Shown here one piece after another: positions 25,919-36,514 of a DNA stretch of 64,000 nt. Position 1 is the first letter of the stretch. Each line of letters begins with the position of its first letter. A program made the translations under genes and the position numbers. This stretch comes from Patescibacteria group bacterium (GTDB taxonomy: Bacteria; Patescibacteriota; Patescibacteriia; JAHIZJ01). The stretch is taken from positions 75,471-139,470 of the forward strand of contig JAQTMH010000002.1 in assembly GCA_028714495.1 (NCBI GenBank), given 5' to 3'. The notes beneath the pieces were generated by a model that saw only the letters and a program-made list of their open reading frames with translations, was not told where the DNA came from and did no database searches.

Positions 25919-27823
25919 ATGCTTGACCTAATTAAAAAGCGCGCGTGGTTTATTGTCATTGGACTGCTGATATTGATGTTCACCCTCGAAATTTCTAGCG
26001 CTGTTAAACAGTCCCAAATAATTGATGAATCGCCTCACATTGTCGCTGGCTACTCCTATCTCAAGACTGGCGATTTTCGTTTAAACCCTGAGCATCCGCC
26101 GCTGATAAAGATGTTGAGTGGCCTGCCGCTTCAGTTTATGAAATTGCGCCCCTTGTCTGAAAACACTTCTTGGTTGACTGGCGAACAATGGTCAGCCGGG
26201 CGGATTTTCCTTTATGAGAATACGGTCGATCACTTCTGGCTGCTTTTCTGGGCCCGGTTGCCTATCATGCTTTTGAGTATACTCTTGGGCTTGATAATTT
26301 TCAAATGGACCAAGTCGCTCTTCGGGGTATTAGGTGGACTCATCGCCTTGCTTTTTTATGTTTTTGATCCGACCACGCTGGCTCACTCGCGCTGGATCAC
26401 CACTGACCTGGGAATCGCGCTTTTTATTTTTGCCACGCTTTATTTTCTGTATCGTTTTTTCCAAAAGCCGACCCTGGGCCGGACCTTCGCTTTTGCTTTC
26501 GTTTTTGCCCTGGCCCTGCTGGCAAAATTTTCTGCGGTAATTTTAATACCGCTTACTTTACTCTACCTCATCATCGCTAAATGGCAGGGCTGGCCGTGTA
26601 CCGTTCTGGTGCACGGCTGGCCCCGTACCGACATGGTACAGGGCTGGCCGAAAAATCAGATAACCCAGCAAATCCCAAAACCAGTTGGTGCCGGCAAGTT
26701 TATCCTGATTACCATAATCGTATCAATCATCACTGTTTGGGGCGTCTATGGCTTCGAATTAAAAAAGCCCTATAGCGATCCCGAAATCCCGGCAGCCTTC
26801 GCGCCGGGTAAATCACAGCAGCATTTTGATAAGGCCTGGCTGACTTTCGTGAATAAATTCACTGACACTGATACAGCCGAAGGAAGGCTGACTGAAAAAT
26901 TGGCCAAGACAATTCCGATACCGGCCTACACTTATATAAAAGGCTTCGCCACTCTGGCCAATCATAATTACTGGGGGCACACTGCTTTTCTGATGGGTAA
27001 GTATTCCGCGGTAGGCTGGTGGTATTACTTTATCGTGGCTTTTCTGGTGAAAACCCCCTTGGTGACGATTCTATTTTTACTGGTGACCATTGGTCTGATC
27101 GGGATTCGAGCCTGGTCCCGACTTAAAAAGGGCTGGATCCAGCCAAATCAACTTGTCGCTACTAAAGGTCTAAATATGATAGGCGGCTTTTTCAAGAAGT
27201 TGTTCAACTTTTTCCGGGGAATTCCTGTTTACTGGTACATGGTAATCCTTACGCCTACGCTTTATTTCATCTGGACGCTTTCCAGTAAATTAAATCTTGG
27301 GGTACGGCATCTCTTGCCAATCTATCCGTTTATCTTTCTGCTCTTTGGCGCATTCACGACCATCAGGCTCGGGCGTCGGGCTAAATTATGGCGGGGTCTA
27401 TTTATCGTTTTGATAATTTTATACATCGCTTCATCAATAATGATCTATCCGAATTACCTATCATATTTTAACGAAGCGGTGGGCGGACCAAGCCAGGGGC
27501 ATAAATATTTGCTTGATTCAAATATCGACTGGGGGCAGGATCTCATCGGCCTGAAAAAATACGTCGACGAGCACCAGCTGGGAAAAATATATTTTCACTA
27601 CTTTGGCACCGCTGACCCAACGGCCTATGGCATTATCCACGAATCCCCTCCCACCAATGAGCAGATCCGCCAGCTGCCGAATTTCAAAGGCACCGTGGCC
27701 ATCAGCGTTTCCGGTCTCTATTCCGAAACTCGGGAATTTTCTTGGCTTCTCAAATACGAACCAATAGACCGAATCGGTTATTCGATTTGGATATACGACA
27801 TCGAGTGTCCCTGTTCAAACTAG
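25919..27823 (+). CDS. GT-C fold (ArnT/PMT_2-like) membrane glycosyltransferase
   Basis: DE motif (IIDESPH), NPEHPPLIK, DSNIDWGQDL and many TMs. Confidence 0.85.
   Translation: MLDLIKKRAWFIVIGLLILMFTLEISSAVKQSQIIDESPHIVAGYSYLKTGDFRLNPEHPPLIKMLSGLPLQFMKLRPLSENTSWLTGEQWSAGRIFLYENTVDHFWLLFWARLPIMLLSILLGLIIFKWTKSLFGVLGGLIALLFYVFDPTTLAHSRWITTDLGIALFIFATLYFLYRFFQKPTLGRTFAFAFVFALALLAKFSAVILIPLTLLYLIIAKWQGWPCTVLVHGWPRTDMVQGWPKNQITQQIPKPVGAGKFILITIIVSIITVWGVYGFELKKPYSDPEIPAAFAPGKSQQHFDKAWLTFVNKFTDTDTAEGRLTEKLAKTIPIPAYTYIKGFATLANHNYWGHTAFLMGKYSAVGWWYYFIVAFLVKTPLVTILFLLVTIGLIGIRAWSRLKKGWIQPNQLVATKGLNMIGGFFKKLFNFFRGIPVYWYMVILTPTLYFIWTLSSKLNLGVRHLLPIYPFIFLLFGAFTTIRLGRRAKLWRGLFIVLIILYIASSIMIYPNYLSYFNEAVGGPSQGHKYLLDSNIDWGQDLIGLKKYVDEHQLGKIYFHYFGTADPTAYGIIHESPPTNEQIRQLPNFKGTVAISVSGLYSETREFSWLLKYEPIDRIGYSIWIYDIECPCSN
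26594..26647 (+). mobile_element. Two tandem in-frame 27-bp palindromic insertions
   Basis: CCGTGTACC-GTTCT-GGTGCACGG and CCCCGTACC-GACAT-GGTACAGGG; GGCTGGCC repeats at a 27-bp period. Confidence 0.7.
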
Positions 27824-27903
27824 CTTAAGGAAGGATATTAGACACGCAAAAAATATCCGCGAAATTGTTTACTGTTTTTTGCTTCAGACAGAAAAAACAC
27901 GAG

Positions 27904-27932
27904 TTGACGAAACTTTTTTTTCGTGATATAAT
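27904..27932 (+). promoter_or_regulatory. Promoter of the pil cluster
   Basis: TTGACG-N17-TATAAT with a TGn extension. Confidence 0.75.
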
Positions 27933-27956
27933 ATATAGGTAAAAATCAAGAAATCT

Positions 27957-29690
27957 ATGCTGAAACCCGATCAAATCAAGGAAATTGTCCTGAAATCAAA
28001 AATCCTGCCCGAAGCAGACCTGAAAAAGGCCATTACTGAGTCAGCAAACGAGAACATGCCTTTTACCGATTATTTAATTGGACAAAAGCTCCTGTCGGAA
28101 AACGGCCTCTATGAAAGCATCGCAAATTATTTCGGTGCTTCTTTTATTGACCTGCGCCGGACCACCATCAGAAAAGATCTGCTTCGAGTTGTCCCCGACA
28201 GTATCGTTCAGGCGCACCAGATCTTGGCTTTTGATCAGGACAACGAAAATATCAAACTGGCGACTACTGACCCGACTGATTTAGAAATTATTGAATTTAT
28301 AAAAAAGAAGACAAACCTTCAACCAGACATCTACGTTACCACACCCTCATCAATAAAAGAGGTTTTGAAGCAATATCATAAAGGGATAAAAGCCAGGTTT
28401 GAGGAGATGGCCACGCCGGGCGAAAAACCCGAAATTCCGGCCGACCAAAAGGATTTAAAAAAATTAGCTCAAGATCTTCCAATTATCAGGATTGTCGATA
28501 CTCTGCTTGAATACGCGATTTATGAAAGCGCTTCTGACATTCACATCGAGCCAAACGAAAAAGACGTTATTGTCCGATACCGAATTGATGGCGTTTTGCG
28601 CGAAGTCATGACCTTGCCAAAAAAAATCCAGTCTGGCGTGGTTGCCAGAATAAAAATTCTTTCAAACCTTAAACTTGATGAGCACCGCCTGCCTCAAGAC
28701 GGCCGCTTTAAAGTCAGTACCGAGGAATACAAGGTCGCTTTTCGTGTTTCAATAATCCCGGTCTACGACGGAGAAAAAATTGTTCTGCGTTTATTAAACG
28801 AGTCAGCTCAGATATTAAGCCTGGAACAAATCGGCCTCCTGCCCAAAGCCTTCAACATTGTCAAAGCCAATATTCAGAAGCCTCATGGCATGATTCTGGT
28901 AACTGGTCCGACTGGCTCAGGCAAAACGACTACCCTCTATACCATCTTAAACATTCTCAATAAACCCGGGGTCAATATTTCAACGGTTGAAGATCCGATC
29001 GAATACCGCATTCCGCGCGTCAATCAAAGCCAGGTGAATCCCAAAATCGGCTTTACCTTCTCGGTCGGCCTGCGCGCCCTTCTCCGCCAGGATCCAAACA
29101 TTATCATGGTGGGAGAAATTCGCGACCTGGAAACAGCCCAAATCGCAGCCAACGCGGCCATGACCGGCCACCTAGTGCTTTCAACCCTGCACACCAACGA
29201 CGCCGTGGGAACTCTGCCACGGTTGCTGGAAATCGGCATCCCCTCTTTTCTCGTTGCCTCGACGACAAACTTGGTGATGGGACAGCGGCTGGTAAGAAAA
29301 ATCTGCCCGAACTGCGTCACCAGCTATAACTTAAGCAAAAAAGCGATTATTGAGCTTGAACGGCAAATCAACTTCAAGGAGCTTCTCTCGACCCTGGAAA
29401 AAGAAGAGGCCATCTCTTCGGCCAAGATCGCGCCTGAATCGCTCCTTTTCTATCGCGGCAAGGGCTGTCGTGAGTGCGGCCAAACCGGCTATAAAGGGCG
29501 GATCGGTATTTATGAAACTTTGGCCGTGGATCATGAAATTGCCGACTTAATTACTAAAAACACGCAACGAGAGCAGCTAATGGAAGTGGCCAGGAGAAAA
29601 GGCATGATTACCATGCTTGAAGATGGTTTTATAAAAGCAAAGATGGGAATCACCAGCGTTGAAGAAGTGCTTCGCGTGACCAAAGATTAA
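27957..29690 (+). CDS. pilB: Type IV pilus assembly ATPase PilB/GspE
   Basis: ASDIHIEP, GPTGSGKTTTLY, EDPIEY, LRQDPNIIMVGEIRD and CPNC/CREC. Confidence 0.95.
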   Translation: MLKPDQIKEIVLKSKILPEADLKKAITESANENMPFTDYLIGQKLLSENGLYESIANYFGASFIDLRRTTIRKDLLRVVPDSIVQAHQILAFDQDNENIKLATTDPTDLEIIEFIKKKTNLQPDIYVTTPSSIKEVLKQYHKGIKARFEEMATPGEKPEIPADQKDLKKLAQDLPIIRIVDTLLEYAIYESASDIHIEPNEKDVIVRYRIDGVLREVMTLPKKIQSGVVARIKILSNLKLDEHRLPQDGRFKVSTEEYKVAFRVSIIPVYDGEKIVLRLLNESAQILSLEQIGLLPKAFNIVKANIQKPHGMILVTGPTGSGKTTTLYTILNILNKPGVNISTVEDPIEYRIPRVNQSQVNPKIGFTFSVGLRALLRQDPNIIMVGEIRDLETAQIAANAAMTGHLVLSTLHTNDAVGTLPRLLEIGIPSFLVASTTNLVMGQRLVRKICPNCVTSYNLSKKAIIELERQINFKELLSTLEKEEAISSAKIAPESLLFYRGKGCRECGQTGYKGRIGIYETLAVDHEIADLITKNTQREQLMEVARRKGMITMLEDGFIKAKMGITSVEEVLRVTKD

Positions 29691-29691
29691 T

Positions 29692-30906
29692 ATGACCGAA
29701 TTTCTATACACAGCCAAACGATCAGACGGCTCAGTAATCAAAGAAAGACTGGACGCCGGCAACCAGACCGAGCTTGAAGATAAACTGAAAAGAGACGGGC
29801 TGTCTCTGATTTCCGCTACCGTCGCCCGTAAATCAGACAGTCAAAAAATATCCTGGCTGGATAAACTCAGCCGCGTTTCGTTGGTTGACCGGATGTTCTT
29901 TACCCAAAATCTCGAAGTAATGGTGCGGACTGGTTTTTCGATCGCCAAAGCCTTAAAAACTCTGTCCGCTCAAACCAGCAATAAATATTTCGCCAAGATT
30001 ATCAACCATTTGTCCAGTGAGGTCGAGAAAGGCAAGACTTTGGCTTCCGCTATGCGGCCCTATCCCAAGGTCTTTTCTTCCATTTTTGTGAATATGATCG
30101 AGGCGGGAGAAGTCTCGGGCCAGTTGGAGTCTGTTTTGAAACGGCTGACTCTTCAAATGAAAAAAGATCACGGCTTGATTTCTAAGGTTAAGAGTGCCCT
30201 CACTTATCCGGCAATCATTCTAGTCGCCATGCTCGGTATTGGAACCCTAATGTTCATTTTTGTCATTCCAAAAATTACCAGCATGTACGCCGAGACCTCG
30301 GTGCAACTTCCCTGGGCAACCAAGCTACTGATCACCACTAGCGGCTTTGCTGCAAAAAACGCCTACTATGTTATCGGATCTCTTTTCGCGATAGTCTTTG
30401 GCTTTTTTAGAATAATAAAAACCAGGCGCGGACGAAGAGCTTACCATGCCTTGTTGCTTAAAACCCCAATCTTCGGAAAAATCATAAAAAAAATAAACCT
30501 GGCCAGATTCGCTCGAACGCTAAGCTCGCTTTTGAAAACCGACATTCCCATTGTCCAGGCCTTTCAAATAATATCCAAAACACTGGGCAATGTATATTAT
30601 CAGGAGGTTATGAGCATAGTCGCGGAAAAAGTCAAACAAGGCGTTACCGTTACGTCGGTCCTGGAAAAAAACCTTAAGCTCTTCCCGCCAGTAGTCACGC
30701 AGATAATCGACGTGGGTGAGCAGTCTGGAACGCTTGATACTATTTCTGAAGAGATCGCTGTTTTTTACGAAGATGACGTGGAACAAACAATGTCCACTCT
30801 CTCGACTATCATCGAACCGCTGCTGATGCTTATCCTGGGCGCCGGGGTCGGTCTAATCGCCGTGGCCGTCTTGATGCCGATGTACAATATTGTCGAGGCT
30901 TTCTAA
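29692..30906 (+). CDS. pilC: Type IV pilus platform protein PilC/GspF
   Basis: AGEVSGQLE, SALTYP, VGEQSGTLD and IIEP. Confidence 0.95.
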   Translation: MTEFLYTAKRSDGSVIKERLDAGNQTELEDKLKRDGLSLISATVARKSDSQKISWLDKLSRVSLVDRMFFTQNLEVMVRTGFSIAKALKTLSAQTSNKYFAKIINHLSSEVEKGKTLASAMRPYPKVFSSIFVNMIEAGEVSGQLESVLKRLTLQMKKDHGLISKVKSALTYPAIILVAMLGIGTLMFIFVIPKITSMYAETSVQLPWATKLLITTSGFAAKNAYYVIGSLFAIVFGFFRIIKTRRGRRAYHALLLKTPIFGKIIKKINLARFARTLSSLLKTDIPIVQAFQIISKTLGNVYYQEVMSIVAEKVKQGVTVTSVLEKNLKLFPPVVTQIIDVGEQSGTLDTISEEIAVFYEDDVEQTMSTLSTIIEPLLMLILGAGVGLIAVAVLMPMYNIVEAF

Positions 30907-30909
30907 AAA

Positions 30910-32244
30910 ATGATTAGGAGGAATACAAAAGGAGTAACTCTCATCGAGGTCATTGTTGGACTGGCGATTTTCGCTATGGCCATGGCCGGCATCTATAATC
31001 TCTTTAATTTGGCCACTAAGATGCTGGGTGACAATCGAGCGCGCGTCGACGCGATTGCGATGGCAAATAAACGGATTGAGATGATCCGAAATCTTGCGTA
31101 CGACAATGTCGGCATCACGGGTGGTATCCCAAACGGAACAATTCCACAGACCGAACAGCTGGTCGTAAACAACATTACTTATACCCTCGAAACGGATATC
31201 CGATATGTCGACGACCCTTTTGACGGTACGGCCACTGGCGCCCCGCCTGATACAAATAGCGCTGACTATAAACGCATCCGAATCGAAGTAACCTGGCCGC
31301 GGATGCTGAACAATAAACCCGTTATCTTGGTCACCGACGTGACGCCGAAGGGTATGGAAAAAACAGTCGGCGGTGGAACGATTTTGCTGACCGTATTTGA
31401 CGCCCTAGGACAGCCTGTGCCGTCAGCCGCCGTGCATGTCGAAAATACCGACGTCAACCCGATTGTTAACTATGATACGACAACCCAAGCCAACGGTACA
31501 CTTGTCCTACCCGGCATGCCCCCTTCGATCGAAACCTATGACGTCCGCGTGACCAAGGGCGGCTACAGCACGGATCAAACATATGAAATCGATCCCATCG
31601 CCAATCCCAATCCCACTCGTCCACCCCTGTCGGTGTATTTGAATGTTGTGACGGAAGCCAGCTTCTCTATTGATCGTCTAAGCACGGTGAATATCCAAAC
31701 GTTTGATCAGGCTAGTCAACCACTCCCAAATATCGACTTTACGTTGCGCGGTTCAAAAACAATTGGAACCGATGGCGTCGGTGCCCCGATCTATAAATAC
31801 TCTCAAGCATTCACCACGAACGCGACTGGAGAAATCACGATTTCAGATCTTGAATGGGATTCGTACAACTTTATTATTGATAATGCTGGGATAAATTACG
31901 ACATCGCGGGAGCTAACCCACCGCTTCCGATTAATCTCGATCCAGACGCAACTCAAACAACACAAATTTCACTCGCCACGCCTCACACGAATCATACGCT
32001 TCTCGTCACAGTCCGCGATCAAAACATGGTCCTTATGCCAAACATCGCCGTTCAGCTAAACCGCTTAGTACCACCCTACGATGAAACGCAAACAACCTCC
32101 GCCTGGGGACAGACGTTTTTCCCGTCGCTTGTCCAGGGCGATTACACTATCTTTATCCAAGCAACCGGCTATCAGGATCATAACGAGGTTATAACAATCG
32201 ACGGCCAACGGACCATAGAAATAGTGATGATCCCCCCAATCTAA
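30910..32244 (+). CDS. Large minor pilin with repeated beta-sandwich (carboxypeptidase regulatory-like) domains
   Basis: Prepilin motif KG/VTLIE; repeated V.D..G.P...A.V and T...G motifs. Confidence 0.8.
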   Translation: MIRRNTKGVTLIEVIVGLAIFAMAMAGIYNLFNLATKMLGDNRARVDAIAMANKRIEMIRNLAYDNVGITGGIPNGTIPQTEQLVVNNITYTLETDIRYVDDPFDGTATGAPPDTNSADYKRIRIEVTWPRMLNNKPVILVTDVTPKGMEKTVGGGTILLTVFDALGQPVPSAAVHVENTDVNPIVNYDTTTQANGTLVLPGMPPSIETYDVRVTKGGYSTDQTYEIDPIANPNPTRPPLSVYLNVVTEASFSIDRLSTVNIQTFDQASQPLPNIDFTLRGSKTIGTDGVGAPIYKYSQAFTTNATGEITISDLEWDSYNFIIDNAGINYDIAGANPPLPINLDPDATQTTQISLATPHTNHTLLVTVRDQNMVLMPNIAVQLNRLVPPYDETQTTSAWGQTFFPSLVQGDYTIFIQATGYQDHNEVITIDGQRTIEIVMIPPI

Positions 32245-32247
32245 ACC

Positions 32248-32865
32248 ATGCGCGCCTATTCCAATAAAACCGGATTTACGCTTGTTGAAGCGCTGGTCGC
32301 GCTGGCAATTTTTGGCATTATCTTAGCGATTTTATCAAACTTTTTATTACAGGGGATGCGTTTTCAAACATTTGCCAGCGAACAGCAACAGCAGGTCGAA
32401 TTCGCGCGAAGCAGCGCCCAAACAATGGTTAAAGAATTGCGCGAAGCCGAGCCCGGCGATGATGGTTCATACATACTCAATCGGGCCGAGGATCAGGAGA
32501 TTATCTTTTTTAGCAATATTGATGCCGATCAAGCGACCGAACGCGTCCGGTATTTTCTTGACGGCACGACCTTCAAAAAAGGAATTATCGAACCCAGTGG
32601 CGAACCGATCATTTATGACCAGGCAACCGAGACAGTAACCACGCTCGTAGAATACATACGCAATGGAACGACACCGATCTTCTTGTACTACAACGGGGAC
32701 TATCCGGGCGACATGACACACAATCCCCTGCCCACGCCGACCCGTTTAACCGAAACAAAGTTATTAAACGTATATTTACGGATTAATGTCAACGAAAGCC
32801 AGGCGCCAAATCAAACCGAGGTTATAACCGAGGTTCAAATACGTAATTTGAAAAATAATTTATGA
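32248..32865 (+). CDS. Minor pilin (PilW/GspJ-like)
   Basis: TG/FTLVE prepilin motif and C-terminal VQIRN. Confidence 0.85.
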   Translation: MRAYSNKTGFTLVEALVALAIFGIILAILSNFLLQGMRFQTFASEQQQQVEFARSSAQTMVKELREAEPGDDGSYILNRAEDQEIIFFSNIDADQATERVRYFLDGTTFKKGIIEPSGEPIIYDQATETVTTLVEYIRNGTTPIFLYYNGDYPGDMTHNPLPTPTRLTETKLLNVYLRINVNESQAPNQTEVITEVQIRNLKNNL

Positions 32866-34256
32866 TACGTATTATACGAAATAATAAATCACAAGGCGCT
32901 ACCCTGGTTATGGCGATCGTTTTGTTGACGATTTATATGCTTATGCTTGGCGGTATTATCAACCTCGTCATGTCGCAAAACAAGCAAACTATTCGACAAA
33001 TCTCCTGGGAACGCTCACTCGCCATCGCGGAGGCTGGCGCAAACTTCAGCCGTTGGCGCTTAGTCCACGACTCTAATGATTTCAGTTTTTCGGGCACCTA
33101 TGATTACAGCGACCCCCAGGGTGGAGTTATCGGTCAGTATTCCTTGGAAATAACCGAACCCGTTACCTGCACCACCATGGTTACGGTCAAGTCAACGGGT
33201 TGGACGCTCGACTTCCCAAACGTCAAGCGAACTGTCAAAGTACGCTATAACCGAGCTTCATTGGCCCAATATGCTTTTTTGACTAATTCAGATATCTGGA
33301 TTGGCGAGAACGAAGACGTACAAGGGCCGCTTCACTCAAATGGCGGCGTTCGAATGGATGGCACCCAAAACGCCGAATCGACATCATCTAAAGAAACCTA
33401 TACCTGCCAGCCGATGCATGGTTGTAATCCCGCCACGCAAAAGCCCGGCATCTGGGGCAGCGGCAGTGGCGGCGCCAGCGGCTTATGGAGATTTCCCGTG
33501 TCAGTCGTAGATTTTAATGTCATTACGACCGACCTGGCTGATCTGAAGACTAAAGCGCAGAATGGCGGGTATTACTTTGAACCGTCTGGCGCCTTTGGCT
33601 ATCATATCATTTTTAAAAATACCGGCGCCTTTGATCTCTATAAAGTTACTGAGCTAGAACCGGATGTCTGGGGTTGCGACACCGAGTGGAATTGCGCTTG
33701 GGATTCGAACGACATTAAACACGAAGAACTTGTCGACCGGTATGATTTGGCGGAAGATCAATGCGATATCCAAAACCTGATCTTTGTTGAAGATAAAAAA
33801 GTCTGGGTTGACGGAGTGTTAAAAGAAAAAGCTACAGTCGCGGCGGCTCAATTTCCCGATACTGCCGCCACTAATTCGTCCATAATCATTAACGGCAACA
33901 TTACACGCGCCGATCCCGCTGACACTATGCTTGGTCTTATCGCTCAAAAAAACGTACTGGTGCCATATTACTCGCCGAATATTTTGGAAATCCAGGCGGT
34001 CATGGTCGCCCAGAAAGGCGCGGTCCAACGTTTATATTATGCCGGCAATGTAAAAAATAAAATACTGGTTCGAGGTTCAATCATCACCAACAACGTCTGG
34101 ACCTGGTCATGGGTGAATGGTGGTGGCACGGTAGTTTCTGGGTATGAGCTCACGGAATCGCATTTCGAACCGGCCTTAATCTACGCTCCGCCGCCGTTCT
34201 TTCCCGGCACTGGCGAATACAATTTTATCTCCTGGGAGGAACTTCCTCAGGAGTAA
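32862..34256 (+). CDS. PilX/GspK-like minor pilin
   Basis: QG/ATLV without Glu5, AIAEAG, GPLHSNG and a terminal SWEE. Confidence 0.8.
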   Translation: MIRIIRNNKSQGATLVMAIVLLTIYMLMLGGIINLVMSQNKQTIRQISWERSLAIAEAGANFSRWRLVHDSNDFSFSGTYDYSDPQGGVIGQYSLEITEPVTCTTMVTVKSTGWTLDFPNVKRTVKVRYNRASLAQYAFLTNSDIWIGENEDVQGPLHSNGGVRMDGTQNAESTSSKETYTCQPMHGCNPATQKPGIWGSGSGGASGLWRFPVSVVDFNVITTDLADLKTKAQNGGYYFEPSGAFGYHIIFKNTGAFDLYKVTELEPDVWGCDTEWNCAWDSNDIKHEELVDRYDLAEDQCDIQNLIFVEDKKVWVDGVLKEKATVAAAQFPDTAATNSSIIINGNITRADPADTMLGLIAQKNVLVPYYSPNILEIQAVMVAQKGAVQRLYYAGNVKNKILVRGSIITNNVWTWSWVNGGGTVVSGYELTESHFEPALIYAPPPFFPGTGEYNFISWEELPQE

Positions 34257-34318
34257 AGCTTTTAATTATCCGAGCGGCCTGGTAAAATAGTAGCAGTAGG
34301 CGGAATCTAAAACTTATT

Positions 34319-35401
34319 ATGTCTTTTTTCCAAAACAACCAAAACGCCATCGGGCTTGATATTAGTGATTTAACCTTGCGCGCCGTCCAATTCAAGGGTC
34401 AGGGCCGAGGCCTGGCTTTTGAAGGATACGGTCAGATTGACGTTCCCCCGGGAATTATAAAAAATGGTGAAATTCTCGAGCCTAGAACCGTCTCTGATTT
34501 AATTAAAAGAATGATCTCCCGCCCGAGTTTTGGCCGTTTCTCTACTAAAAATGTCATAGCTTCTTTACCCGAACGTCGATCATTTATAAAAGCGCTGGAA
34601 ATACCCCAGATTGACAGCCAGCAGTTAGAGGTAACGATTCGTCAAGAAATGAGCCAGCATGTTCCTTTTTCGGCCGATGAAATATACCTCGACTGGCAAA
34701 TGTTTAAGTCTGGGGCCTCGGCCGATACGTCCAGGGTGCTAATTGGAGCAACTCCAAAGTCGATTGTTGACTCATACATCGCGGCCCTCGAGGACGCTGA
34801 CTTGAGGCCAGTCTCCTTGGTTATCGAATCAATGGCTATTGCCTACGCTCTCATCCCGCCAAACGCCGAAAAGAACACTTCGGCCATGATTTTGGACATC
34901 GGTCTCAACCGGACTAGTTTCCTGGTTTTTGACCAGGGGGCGGTTCGTTTCAGCGCCTCAAGCAAGGTAATCTCCGGGTCGGCAATGACTCGGCTGATTG
35001 CCCAAAAACTTAGTCTGAGTAACGATCAGGCTGAAGAGGCGAAAAGGCTGTGCGGACTTGATCCAACCCAGGGTAAAGCCGTCATTCCCAAAACTCTGAT
35101 GCCGGCGATTGACCAATTAGCCAAACAAATCGAGAAATTTTTACAATATTACAAGACCCATGTGCCTCAGGCCAACGAAATTTCTCAGATCATTCTGGCG
35201 GGTGGCGGAGCCAATTTGAAAAACCTGACCAAGGTATTAAGCGAGAAGCTTGGCCGAAAGGTTGTTCTCGGAAACCCTTGGTGCCAATTCGAGCATCTCC
35301 AAAAAACCAAAGTTATTCCCAGCCAGCAATATCTCTCACAACCAACCTCTTTCGGCCTCGGTCTGCTTGGACTGGCAAACCTTTCTCGAAAAAAGAAATG
35401 A
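34319..35401 (+). CDS. pilM: Type IV pilus assembly protein PilM
   Basis: IGLDIS, ILDIG, ILAGGGANL and GNPW. Confidence 0.92.
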   Translation: MSFFQNNQNAIGLDISDLTLRAVQFKGQGRGLAFEGYGQIDVPPGIIKNGEILEPRTVSDLIKRMISRPSFGRFSTKNVIASLPERRSFIKALEIPQIDSQQLEVTIRQEMSQHVPFSADEIYLDWQMFKSGASADTSRVLIGATPKSIVDSYIAALEDADLRPVSLVIESMAIAYALIPPNAEKNTSAMILDIGLNRTSFLVFDQGAVRFSASSKVISGSAMTRLIAQKLSLSNDQAEEAKRLCGLDPTQGKAVIPKTLMPAIDQLAKQIEKFLQYYKTHVPQANEISQIILAGGGANLKNLTKVLSEKLGRKVVLGNPWCQFEHLQKTKVIPSQQYLSQPTSFGLGLLGLANLSRKKK

Positions 35402-35967
35402 TTGTATTAAACCTCTTACCACCAGATAAAAAAATCCTGCTTGCCTCGGAACACAATCTCCTCCAAATAAAAAGGGCGGCGATGATCTTTTTGGGCTGCG
35501 GACTATTGGTAGTTGGCCTGGCCTTAAGTTGTCGTATCCTCTTAAGCGGGGAGCTGAAAAAATTGGATGAGGAGATCAATCAAATAAAACAATTATCTGA
35601 AAATACAGGCAATACCGCTGGTGACCTGATTAAAAGAATTGCTTTGAAATCCAATGTCATAGCCGAAGCTCAAAAGAACTTCATTCCCTGGTCAAGCGTC
35701 CTGTCTCTCATCGGCCAGTCAGCCGGTCAAAATATTCAATTGAAAACCTGCTCTTTTGACGCTGAAAAGAAAACCTTTCAGATTCAAGGCCAGGCCAAAA
35801 CTCGAAATGACCTATTAAATTTCAAAACTTCGTTGGAAAAACTGACTTTTCTCGAAAACCTCAACGCTCCGATTACTAATTTGATTCAAAAGGAAGATAT
35901 CTCCTTTCAATTCTCGGGAACCCTTAATCCAGAAAATATTGCCAAACATGAAAATACAGGGTCATAA
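35398..35967 (+). CDS. pilN: PilN-like protein
   Basis: LNLLP motif, TM and coiled coil; ATG at 35398 overlaps the pilM stop. Confidence 0.85.
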   Translation: MIVLNLLPPDKKILLASEHNLLQIKRAAMIFLGCGLLVVGLALSCRILLSGELKKLDEEINQIKQLSENTGNTAGDLIKRIALKSNVIAEAQKNFIPWSSVLSLIGQSAGQNIQLKTCSFDAEKKTFQIQGQAKTRNDLLNFKTSLEKLTFLENLNAPITNLIQKEDISFQFSGTLNPENIAKHENTGS

Positions 35968-36505
35968 ATCAATCATAATCATCGGCGGCGCGCTTATTAT
36001 TATAGTGGGATTATTGGTTTTTGCCTTTTTGCCTCTTAATCGCACTATCGATGATCTCAAAACTCAGATCCTGGGCAAACGCATCGACTCAGCCCTACTT
36101 AAACAACAACAAAACACCGCCGCCCGTTCCCAAGACGAGGCCAGTTTAGTTGAAAAAGATGAAGAGCTTCGGGCCTATTTTATTCAAAAGAGTAAATTTT
36201 TGGAATTCATTTCACAAATTGAAGAGCTGGCAAAAAACAACAGCGTTAAGGAAGAAGTCACTCTGACCGAATTTCCAAATAACACCCAGGAGGTGTTTAC
36301 CCACCCGATCTCAGTTAGCTTTACCGGTGACTATAACAATATATTAAAACTGATGGCCGAGCTTGAATCGCTCAACTATTATCTGGATTTTGCCCAAATC
36401 ACTCTGAGCAATGCCGGAGATGGCGGCCTCAATGTCAATACCAACACTTCTAAACAAAGTCAGCTCCAGGTTTCCTTAACCGGCTTAACTTATTGGCAAA
36501 AATAA
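35948..36505 (+). CDS. pilO: PilO-like protein
   Basis: TM, coiled coil and GDYNNILKLMAELE; follows pilN. Confidence 0.8.
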   Translation: MKIQGHKSIIIIGGALIIIVGLLVFAFLPLNRTIDDLKTQILGKRIDSALLKQQQNTAARSQDEASLVEKDEELRAYFIQKSKFLEFISQIEELAKNNSVKEEVTLTEFPNNTQEVFTHPISVSFTGDYNNILKLMAELESLNYYLDFAQITLSNAGDGGLNVNTNTSKQSQLQVSLTGLTYWQK

Positions 36506-36514
36506 CCCACTAAG

